Source: Epiperipatus broadwayi (taxonomy: Eukaryota > Animalia > Onychophora). From it: a DNA stretch of 64,000 bases. Under the pieces are notes generated by a model. It saw only the letters and a program-made list of their open reading frames with translations. It was not told the origin of the DNA and did not search any database. Location of the stretch: assembly GCA_028023455.1 (NCBI GenBank), contig JAQFVV010000001.1:12586001-12650000 (forward strand). Direction: 5' to 3'. Within the stretch, counting starts at the first letter, position 1, and each line of letters starts with the position of its first letter. The position numbers were made by a program, and so were the translations under genes. Shown in pieces: positions 52,880 through 64,000 of the stretch.

Positions 52880-53640
52880 TAAATCAAAAAGCTACCTAGC
52901 ACGAACATGTAGACAATCGTCAGAAAGTGATAGTCAAGACAATCTAATCTGGGCACAAATGATAGAACATATAACATTATCTATATATCATCTAAGAGCA
53001 AATCATTACCATGAAGAATAGGACCAATTTGCAAGGACGATACTCCAAACATAGGATCAGAAAACAGAATAATGTTAAATCATGTCAAATAGAGATGAAC
53101 AGAAAATAAGAATTTAAAGAAAATTGTGGATAGTTATCAGATATAGTTACAATGCCAAAGCCATTGTGTGAATGAATTAACTTGTAATATGGAAGACAAA
53201 AACAATACCAGTGTCATTATAGGCCAAATTGCAAGAGTTGGAATCAATGGTGAACTTACTAGAAAAGGAATCACAGATCTTAGAATCCAGAAATAGTGAA
53301 TGATATGAGCTGGAGCAGAAATTGCAAGAAAATCAGCATTTACTGCAGAAGAATAATCAGCTTCTTAAAGAAGGAGAAGAATGGAAAGAAAAAGTAAAAA
53401 AATTATCCGAACAAGTAGAATTTTGGCAGCAATATGAAATGGAACTACAAGAAAAGATGGGTGAAAATAAAAATGAAATGGATAGTTTCAAAGATTTTTT
53501 AGAAGGGTAATCTTTAGACAGTGAGCCGTCAGACCCAAAAACAGAAGAATAAGGAAAAACCCAGCAATTCTCCAAGCAGGAGAAAAAAGCACTTAAGGTG
53601 GCAGGGAAAGAATTTAGATAATTTTCAAGGTTACGTTGAT
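52880..53640 (+). mobile_element. Probable retrotransposon ORF1/gag-like remnant with coiled coil
   Basis: Broken frame rich in E/K/Q heptads (LQENQHLLQKNNQLLKEGEEWKEKVKKLSEQVEFWQQYEMELQEK) with in-frame stops; no splice context linking it to the host gene. Confidence 0.35.
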
Positions 53641-53899
53641 TAATCAGAACAAGGGTTTTTTTCTTGGAGTGAGGGGAGGTATCATGTTTTGCATAAATAT
53701 GTACATTGAAATTTATATAAGTCTTGTACTCCAGAAAAAATAAAAACATATGAGAGAAATATATTTTAGATCGCTAACAGATATGGATTCAATTAATGAT
53801 TAAATTTGCATGGAATGTAACAATGAAAAATATTTACTTATTTGCTTAAGAAAATTGCATTTGATAATTGCTGAAAAATATTTATTAATTACAAATATT

Positions 53900-54436
53900 T
53901 CTTGTTACACTGGAAATTGATAATACTAATTAAAAACATTAATAGGAAATACAAGACTGGTCAAGAATGAATCCTAGATTACTGGAGGCAAACCGTGTAT
54001 AAATAGTTTGAGTAACAAAGTGTGTGTTCTATGTCCAGTAAATTTACTGAATGAAACATTGCTAGTGAGATTTAAATGATGGTAGCTGAAAGAAGCTTAA
54101 GTGGCAATGCAGGGCTCTATTGCAAAACCAATGTGTTTGCGAGCAGCAGCTGAACAGTACCAAAGAGTTTGGGAAACCGAGGCTGAAGGAAACTGTCTAG
54201 AAAAACAGCCAGTTGTGAAGTGCGTCATGGGAAGTGAACCAAAAGGTAATTATATATATATATATATATATATTGTGTTGTGTGGGTAGCAATAACTCTA
54301 TGTTATTATCATTTATTGTTTTATTTGTTGGTATTCGGAGTGCTTGCATTTTGAACACCCAACAATTACAATTACTTCGTTTCCATCTACGTTTATATAA
54401 TATATATTTCCAACTTTGTAATTGCAATCACTGACA
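53900..54436 (+). mobile_element. Possible solo LTR
   Basis: TGTTAC start, TATAAATAG at ~53997, GC-richer body, ends ..ACTGACA. No TSD found, so weak. Confidence 0.25.
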
Positions 54437-57400
54437 AGTGAGAAAATATTATATTTTTGTGATGTCAATTATTTGTTATAACTTTTCATATAACTATCTA
54501 TTATTTTTCATCATGTTTACTAATTGTCATATTAATTGGAAAGTCTTGAATTCTGATAATTTTGTTATAAACTAAGTGTAATTCTATTATTATCACTATC
54601 ACAATATTCATTTTTTTAAAACATACATTGCCAGAGTAATAGATTCCGAAATCTTCACAATGAAAGGGGCAATTTTCTTTCTATTTTCCCTAGCATTTCT
54701 TTTTTTATTTTCATCATTTCTCTTTTAACATTTATCAATTTTTCTTCACTTTTGTCCAATAAATTAAATATTTCTAGTAAGCTTAAGATCGTTTTATTAA
54801 TGCAAGCTTTACCATTGTTCAAACTTTTGATGGATTTGACCCTCTCATTTTTATATTTATTAGAAAAATATCTTTCCTCTTCCCCATATAAAGTTAGTTA
54901 AATTATTCAGAAGATAATACAAATGTTATTAAACGCTTGATTTAAAGTGTTTTTTTATATGTTTATTTATATTAAAAATTTGATTTCAAGAGCAATAAAA
55001 TAATTAAAAATACGGAACTATAAAAGCATATAAATATAATTTTCTTTACCATTTTGTTCTGTTTAATGTTATAAGTAATATGTTGTTGTATATGTTGAAA
55101 TATAAATAAAATTATTACCTTACAGATACTACCATTATTATTATTATTATTACTTTTGCTCAGTTATATCTGCCATTTACGATATTACTGCTCCAATTAA
55201 TTAGATTCTATTACCCCTATTTTTTTTATTTTCAGAATTAATATTCTTGTTTTCTATTTAATCCCGCCCTCATTCCAGATGACAATAAAATTATGTCAGT
55301 TATTTGAATTTATTCACATTAACATCACGTAAAAGATTGTTGTGTACATCTATAAGTGTACCTTTTTTTTTTTTTTTAGAAATAATGCTTAGGATTTGAT
55401 TTTTAAATTTGTTTAATCATTATTAATATTCAGTTAAGCAAATTTAGTTTAGTTATTTTATTTGTGTATATTAATTGATCATAAGTCATTTACTATCTGC
55501 TATGCCAATGACCTTGAATTTGAAACTAGACAGATAAAATTGGGCAATTTTCCAAGGTTCAGAAAGGCACAGAATTTTTCTTTCAAATAATTGAACCATA
55601 GACAACTCAGCTAATCATTAAATATTAGGTGGTAAATATGTGTCTAGTTAAAACCCTCACCATCTCAGCAGTTAGAAAATCTGATGAGTAATGCTTGCTT
55701 CTTTACAATTTTCACCAAGGGGCATATCAGTTTGAAGAGGCCTATTGAAAAGTTACTTTATCTTTTACTTTTTTTATAAATATATATAAAATTGCCTTGC
55801 AATAGTCTTATATATAGGAAAAGTCTCAATATCTATCCCACACAGAGAAATAGTGAAAAAGATGTTATTCATCATCACCAATTTTTGGGTATTGAGAATT
55901 TGAGAAGTTTCCACTCTTTTTTATTTTTTATCTGATAATAGCTACATAATTATATGCCAACCAATATAGAATGGTAATTGGATTGGTTATGGCCTAGCTA
56001 CTGAAAAGTCTGGAAAAAAAAAAACGTTTTACTTGATCTGAATTGAATTCAGGTCATTAGAATCGCAGAAGGCTATGATTATATTACTAAGTGCATATAA
56101 TGAATAATAATATATCGTTTATACATATATGCAAAAATGTAAAAGAAAGTCAAATAATCGTTTTCAAAGCAAAAGACTCACCAGATCTTTCTAATGAGGA
56201 ATAGTAATGGAAAAAGACTATATTAGACTAATTAATTTCTGAATAGTGAGAATTTAGTGTTTTCATTTCTTATTTTATTCTCAAGCTAAAAATTAGACCT
56301 TTTTTAATAAACTAATAATTAGGTAACTTACCAGGAAGCTAAAATAAATAAAAAAAGACAACTAGTTTTGTTTAAATATCTATATAAGATACTTGAAAAC
56401 ATTTTAAGTATTGCTTGGATTCAACTAATAGATTGTGGACATGGTAGGTAGTTATATTAATCTTCACTATAATTCTTTGATATATATATAGTTTATATAT
56501 TTATACATACTGTACATTTATTACATTTTAAATCTTAAATATTTGTAATAATACTAGTGATTTTTAAAAATAATTATATACAATAATTAATCATTCATAG
56601 CAAGAATAATAAATGACTCCAGAGTCTTGAAAACAACAAAGATTTTTATCTGGAGATCAAATAATATACTGTAGATTTCATGTATTTATTTTTAACAATA
56701 ATTTACACATTGCAAGAGTTCTCTTTATATTTCAATTCTAATCTAAATATTTTTATTTGTTCTTCATGCTTTGAAATTATGGTAGAATAGCATAGTCTAG
56801 AGCTTAACAGCCAGGCTGTGCCATTTCCAGTACTCCAATTTAAACCATTTGATTAGTAAGCTTGTGGTTTTAAGACCTGTAGAAGTCCCTACTACGCATG
56901 TAATTGAGGCTACAGCCTTAATGAATATTATTTACGTAATGAATGTGCGTTTAAATAAATTTATAATTATAATATTCTATATAAATATATTACAAAAAAT
57001 TTCTTATAGCATTTGGTAAGCAGATACAAATGGTTGCAAAATCATGAAAAATGTTTTTAAAAATTTAAAACAAGAAGGGAAATATAATCAGATTGTAAAG
57101 ATAAAGTTGTTAAATAAAAAAGTAAAGAATAAAAATTTGTTTAGAAACATTTAAAAGGCTTAAAGTTATGTGAAAATAATAATAACAACAACAATGAAAA
57201 CAAAATTACAAAGTCTAAAGTTACAAAAAATATGAACAAATTAATTGAAATAGTAGTGTTCATCAAGAAATTCAGTTTTTACGAAGTAAAACGGAAGATA
57301 GAAACTATATGAAGTAATCACACATACACGCACACACCCACACAAAAACAGAAAATAAAGTATAGAATACATTAACCATGTCTTCACTAAGAATATTTAA

Positions 57401-59714
57401 AACGTATTTAAAAAGAAGATACATTTCTAAATTTGAATTCATAAATTTCAAACACACACCAACTTGTATGAATGCCATTACAAATTATATCTTAGACATT
57501 TTCTTGTCTAGCACATTTAGTTTAGTCAGGTAGTTGCTTTCTCTTTTCTCTACATCACTATGTGGACTTTTTTATATTCATAATATTCTAATTTTTTGTT
57601 AATTATTTTTACTGATGTCTAAATGTCCACATTTTAAAAGTTAAACTATAATGTAGGGAGCATCTGCTATTGTTTCAGATATCCACAAAAAAAGATTTAA
57701 ACCATATGCTAGCAAATACAGAGAGATTAGAAAGTAATGTATATTATATAAGCAAATAACTAAAAGTAAATTTTATGCTGACTGATTTGAAAATTGCTTT
57801 TAAATATATGTATATAAAATAAATATTGTAAAAAAAATAAAATAAAAAGTCTTTAAATCACATTAAAAAAACTTTTCATGCTATAAGCAATACATTTTTG
57901 ATTCAAATATCAATCACATGTAATGAATTAAAAAAATCTTTTCCAAAAATTCAAAATAATGAAAAAACCTACACATTAGTCAGACATGCTAATTTTTCCA
58001 TTTGAATCTGAGCCAAATGGATGTGTTTTTAAATCACAAACAGACTTAGGATTTTTTTAGAAGAATAAATCATAGCCAAACTAGCTAGCCATTTAAAAAT
58101 GGTTAGCAAATGGGTGTCTACTTATTCTGGTGTCTACTTATTCTTAATAGATATTTTAAGTAATAGAGTGGTGAAATATAATAATTAAAGAATAAATATT
58201 TCTGAATCATTCCCAGCTGAAAAAAGTAAAAATAAAAACTCAATTTTTATTTGAAAGCTAATATTATTCTTAGCCTATTGCTTGGGTATCAATCAACACT
58301 ACAAGACTTACACAATTAGAAAATAAAAAAAGGGGGGGGGATAGTAATACTCTATAATAAACAGCTAAAGATTATTATAATATTGAAATAAATATAAAAA
58401 TAATGCTTTAGCATTTAGAGTAACTAAAATGTGAAAGAAGTGTATCAGATGTTTAAGTTTTAGAAATAAGTTCATTACTATTGCATTGGCTTAACAGGTG
58501 TTACAAATAATTAATAGAAGACATCTTAAAAATATTTTTTGGTGAACTTGAGCATAGTTTTCATGGAAAAGGCAAGCACATTCCAGACACATTTATGATA
58601 TAAAGATTGCCTCAAAAGATACTTTAAAAAAATACAACATTCATTTCATTGGGAAGATAGTCACAGTGAATAGAATACAATAAAAAAACTGCAATTAGAC
58701 ATGATGTTAAAGACTTTCAGAAAAAAAAATTTTCTGTAAGAAGCAAGCCTGGCAATTCCAAATGAATGAAAATGAAACCATATCAAATAAAATATATCCC
58801 AAAGATCTACACAGCAACTGTGCCAATGGCCAAGAGATAAAGAGACTGATGATTAAACGATAATATGATCAGCCTGGACAATTAAATTTAAACTATATGT
58901 TAGAATATCATAACTGCTAATGTAATAACATAATTATAATAAATTATTTGAAAAAAAAAATCAAATATACAGACTAATGGATGAGATTGATTTATATATG
59001 AAATATTTTGGGTTTACAGATTGGCAATAGTCATTGTAAAGCTAATCTCTAGTATATGACTACAACAACTATTATTACTACTATTACTTTTACTATATAT
59101 ATGGACATATTTTTTTCCAATGGATGCTGATGATGATTATAAACTATAATATGAAACTGTTGTGGAAATCATACAATTATATTAAAAAGAGACTCTACAG
59201 AGCGATTTTAATAATCAAATATAAAGTAGTATTCATATATGATAAGAATTCAAATAATAGACAAAAGTATTAAGTATTTGTTTGAAGTTGTTAGATAAAA
59301 TGAATATATTATTAAATACAAAATATCTGTCAGGAGGAAATAGTTTGTGAAGTAATTAATAACAATCTGAGAGTAAAAAAGGAAATAGAATTAATAAATC
59401 ACAACCATATAATACAGTAAAAGGCACTCACACCTAAAAGTTCTGGGATCATTTCTCAACTGAGTAATGCACATTAAAAATACACCCACAAACACTACGT
59501 TTAAACTAAGAATGAAATTGTTAAACGTTGAATTTAATCCAGAGTGTTCAAATATACGATATTCACTGATAATTTACTACTGATAAATCATACAATGGTC
59601 ATTTTGTTAATCATTATAGAAGTAATACAAATATTTTAATAAAAACTAAACTGAAACAAAAAATAAATAAAATTATATTAAGAATTATTTAGTCATGACA
59701 ATAATAATAATGCC

Positions 59715-59790
59715 CTACGCGGCGTTTTTGACATAGTTAGTAAAACGTCCGACTTGGAATGGGGAGGTCTACGATCGATTCTGGCGCTCA
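59715..59790 (+). mobile_element. Degenerate tRNA-derived SINE head
   Basis: A-box-like TGACATAGTTAG, anticodon-arm-like ccgacTTGGaatgg, B-box-like GATCGATTC. Confidence 0.35.
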
Positions 59791-60050
59791 ACTTCTTATA
59801 AAACCATAAGCTTTTTTTTAAATATTAGTTAGAAATTTGGATCTCAGTATTCTTTATAATCACATTGAAGCTAAAAATAATATCTAATTTGTTAAAAAAA
59901 GATTAATAAAAAATAATAATAAGAATCATAATAAAATAATAAAACTAAAGAAATAATACAGTAAATTCTGTAGAAAATAATCATTATCATCAGAAGCCAC
60001 ATTTAAATTAACTACGGCCAGATTTTTAGGATATTTTTAAGGTCTTATTT

Positions 60051-60135
60051 TAGCAACTGCGGCTAACACTTGAGGATTATAGCAACTACGGCTAACACTT
60101 GAGGATTATAGCAACTACGGCTAACACTTGAGGAT
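60051..60135. repeat. 29-bp tandem repeat, three copies
   Basis: Unit TAGCAACTRCGGCTAACACTTGAGGATTA starts at 60051, 60080 and 60109, with no spacers. Confidence 0.95.
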
Positions 60136-61437
60136 AAAACCACGTCTACCAACTCAATCTGCATCCACTATTTTTTATTAGATTATACCATTTAATTAAT
60201 TGATAGCAGTGTTCTTAATAGTATAGCAATTTTTAATACTGAAAATTATCAATAAAAAAAAATTATGTAAGCAGCTAACACAGGGATTAGGCTTAGTAAT
60301 GGATTTTGGTTACAACCTGGGTTTTGAATCTAAACTCTATAAAACTTGAAAATAATTTCAGGTTTCCAAGAAGTTTAAAAAAAAAATCAAGTATTAATCT
60401 TGAATTGGATGTTCACTGCTCTGATTTGAAAAAATGACTTGAAAAACATCTTGGAATCGTAAATAAAGATTAAAGGCTAGAAATATATTAATGTTTTTTT
60501 TTTAAAAAATAAATAAATGGAAATTACTGCCTATGGGAAAACATAGGATAAATCATTCATTTTTTTTAACATTTCTTATAATTTTACATTTCCCAAGTTT
60601 ATCATACTTTAATCTTTTTCTATTTACATTTTGATCACAAACCAATGGAAATATTTGAAGTGTTAATATATATGCAGTTTCCGTTTATTTTATATGTCTG
60701 AATTGCATTTAATTCCCTGTTATATTTTACAATTATTTTTAAAATTTTGCTTTTTTAATTTTTATTAAGTTTGTTTATTTTTTAATTTAATCAAAATAGT
60801 TTTATTTCTTATTTTCATTTCAAAAACATTTGAAATAAAAAATGATTTGATAAATTTAGAGTAGTCATGCAAACTTTCATTTAATTTTACGATGTGCACG
60901 TGAACCTTTTTAATCAAGCTAAAATATAATTTTTTTTTTAGATTTTATATAACTCATGAAATTGAGAAATAAGGGTAATACACCTGACAGTTGCATTTAC
61001 AACTTGGATTCAAATTCGGATCTATTAAAAATTTTCAGACATCAATCAATCTTAGGATTTATTTCATAGATATCTACCTTATAATCAATCCAGCTAGATA
61101 CCCAAAATTGTTAATAAATGTTATCTATTCTCATTTAGAGTTCAAATAAAGATTAAAGGGGGAAAAAACATTATTTCCAGCAATTAGAAAGCTTAATGAA
61201 TAATGATAATGGTCTATCCTTCACTGTTTCTCTTTGGGTATGCTGTTGGAAAGACTTTTGCTCTGCAATGGGTATTTAAAGGCTGATATCTCTTGGACCT
61301 TTTAGTTAAATTATAGTCAATTAATAAAATAGATGTTTTCTTTATTCATATAATATATTTTGTTGTTATCATTTAATTAACATAAGATTAACTTAAAAAA
61401 ATTAGAATATAAAATTATATCTTTTAAAAATTCTTAC

Positions 61438-61471
61438 CTTAAATGAGATAATTTTTCAAGTAACTTGAGAG
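61438..61471 (-). CDS. INF2: Inverted formin short exon, 34 nt, phase 1 to 2 (.LKLLEKLSHLR)
   Basis: Acceptor ttatttttcag and donor gtaaga. Corresponds to INF2 GLQLLDVLARLR, and its phases fit the 48536 exon. Confidence 0.85.
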
Positions 61472-62999
61472 CTGAAAAATAAACAATATATATATATATG
61501 CTGATGTTATTATGTCTTAATGTTTAAAAGTAATTATAGTTTTAAAAATTTATCATAGATATGTTTTTAACCAGATCTCATTTATCATAATCTGGATAGT
61601 TTGGATGATTCAGCAACACTTAATGTTTTCATGGCTGCTGAGTCATTTATAAAACTTAGATGATAACAAGTGAGATCCAGCCAAAACATCAGAGCTATAA
61701 TAAGCTACATTCATGTAAAAATATACAAGATATATTTACAGTTTAATTCAAACATATATATATATGGAAAATTAACATTTTGATTACAAATAATGATTAA
61801 ATGCTAAACTAAAATTCAGGCATTCAGGAATATGATGATTTTGAGGATCTAACTATATATAATCTGTGCTAAATCCAAATTTCATTCATTACAATTTAAT
61901 AATAATCATATATACAGTATATATGAATATAGGATAATTTATTGTACTTTATTTTAAGAAATAAAAGAAAAGATGTTATAATTATACAACTTTTAAGACA
62001 CTGTTTATCAAAAAATAGCTAGACTGTAGTGATTCAAGTTTTATTCAGGTGTGAATTACAGTTCTATTTTAACAACTGCAATGTTCAGATTAGAATATAA
62101 GTGTGTTATAATTAAACTACATATTCCATATACTGTATATATCACAAAATACTATATGCAATTTGAAATATGAATTAATACTATAAGTTATTAGTACTGT
62201 AAGTTATGAGTTTTGTTAACAAGCTGTTATTATTGTCAACCATTAGAAAATAAAAAAAGTTATATGCATACAGAATCATGATTCTAATATTTTTCTTAAG
62301 TTTAAATTCCATTCATTATAAATTTTTTTAAAAACATATATTTAGAAATATGATTTCTATAGAATTAAGTAGGATGAGACTTGGATGAGAACAAACAGTG
62401 AGATGGTTAAGTCTTCAAAACCAGAATCTTGAGTATCTCCTTTTTAATGAGTGACTATAATAAAAGTTTGGTAATCAAAATTTTAAACTTGTAATTTTAA
62501 TCCATCTTTAACTATTGATGCATTCATAGGTTAGTGTTAGAGTGTCAAATCTTGGTGCATAAGGTCATTGGATCAATTCAAATTGTTGTATTTCTAGTAA
62601 TTGATTTTCTTGTGAACTCCAGGGTATTAATGTCATTCAATTATTTTTTTTATTTTGGTTCTAATTACTTCTCTCTTTTTTATATTTTTGCTATACTTAA
62701 TATTTTTTAATGGAAAAAATATATTCACTATTTTATTTTTACATTTTTTACAAATTTCATTAAAAGCATAAATTCAAAAAATAAAATTAGTCTAAAAATA
62801 AAATATCAATTTTGCAAACAAAAAATAAATATATATATATAATAAGTAGTCAAAACAAAAGTCTTCATTTAAGTGTTCAAGATAATAAAATAAATTTATT
62901 GAAAAAAATTATTCTCTGAAAAATCTGAATATTTAAGAGAAAATTTGTTAAAGCATAAGTTGAAATAATGAAAACATTTTTTGAAATATTAAAATTTAA

Positions 63000-63900
63000 C
63001 TTTTAAAGTTCCCATCCAACTTCAGAAACAGCAACAAACACTGATTTATAATTCAACATTAAAGTGCTCAGTGCTTTCATAATCTGTCCATCCCCAATAT
63101 ATTTCAGATGAATGACATACTTAGTAATGTTAATGAACTTTTATAAATTAGCAATATTTAATAAAAAACATATTTATGTTAAATCTTAAAAAATTGTTAA
63201 AGCAACCAATTAAAAAAATATTACAAATATTCTATTTAATAAAAAAATTACAAAAATGATTGGTGTTTTTGTATTCTATCCCTGCTAGCTACAGAAACAG
63301 TCACAAGCTCCAACTCATAATTCAATGTTAAAGTATTCGGTGCTTTCATAGTCTGTCATTTCTCTAATATAGTTCAGATAAATGGTAACTATTAATTCAG
63401 AGGGCACTCCAGTACATATATATTGGAAGTCATAAAGTAATCAAATATAACATATATATTTAAAAATGTAAATTCTAACTTAGCTTTATTAAAATTTGGA
63501 AATTTATTTATATAATATTAATATGTTTTGTTTAATTTACATTAAATCTTAAATAACTGAAACACAGGCTTGTTATATACCTGTGGCTATATATATGTAA
63601 TATATTAAATCTTAAATAAAATTTGTTAGTGCAACTGATTAAAAAAACTAGTGGACTTTTTATAAGGTCAGGTTTCAACATTAATAAACCGTATAGCTAT
63701 TAATAAAGCTAAAGAATGTTCAATTGACCGACTATCAGAATTTTTTTTTTATATATTCAGAGGACACCCTGGTTGTAAAGATAGCAAATATAATAGATTA
63801 ATTAAAAATATAAATTCTAATTTAGTTTTATTAAAATTCAAAAATTTGTTTTGCTTAATTTAAATTAAATTAAAAAAAAATTTGATAAAGCAACCAATTC
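63000..63900. repeat. Degenerate tandem duplication with ~300-350-bp units
   Basis: ataattcaa..ttaaagt..gtgctttcata.tctgtc (63048, 63317); attcagagg.cac.c..aaattctaa.ttag.tttattaaaatt (63395, 63755); ttaaatcttaaa..ttg.taaagcaaccaatt (63180, 63605, 63875). Confidence 0.65.
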
Positions 63901-64000
63901 TGCAGTAATGATGGTTTCCATCATTAAAAAAATGCTCAGAAAAAACACATGCTTTTAATTATAAAGGTATAGTATTTAAAACATGAAGAAAATGTGATTA

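Noticed and set aside
60051-60135. CRISPR-like array
   Set aside because: Units are contiguous with no unique spacers, there are no cas genes, and the context is eukaryotic.

Overview
Very AT-rich, CpG-depleted eukaryotic DNA, probably arthropod (inferred from composition, splice signals and TE families; the species cannot be identified from this window). The window lies inside one large minus-strand gene encoding an INF2/FHDC1-type inverted formin. Four coding exons join in frame through canonical GT-AG sites: 61471-61438, 48536-48389, 36793-36098 and 23949-23888. They cover the end of the DID/FH3 region, the poly-Pro FH1 and the start of FH2. Gene start and end lie outside the window, and I found no further formin exon in 1-23887. 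The three complete introns (about 12-13 kb each) and the open-ended segment below 23888 are full of mobile DNA. The standout is a young Penelope-like element (RT + GIY-YIG) present as a ~2.6 kb back-to-back inverted duplication, joined at a 4-nt microhomology, with minimal hammerhead-like motifs near both ends. Also present: at least six non-coding fold-back/MITE palindromes, a hAT MITE with a perfect 8-bp TSD, a ~100-bp tRNA-derived SINE family with 15-bp TSDs, and decayed mariner, Merlin-like, RTE-like, Ingi/Vingi-like and other LINE remnants. Several CpG-retaining islands look regulatory; one (11.0-11.7 kb) carries an orphan hydrophobic ORF with consensus splice sites. No prokaryotic features or CRISPR arrays. 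All alignments and counts were done by eye; no database searches were run.
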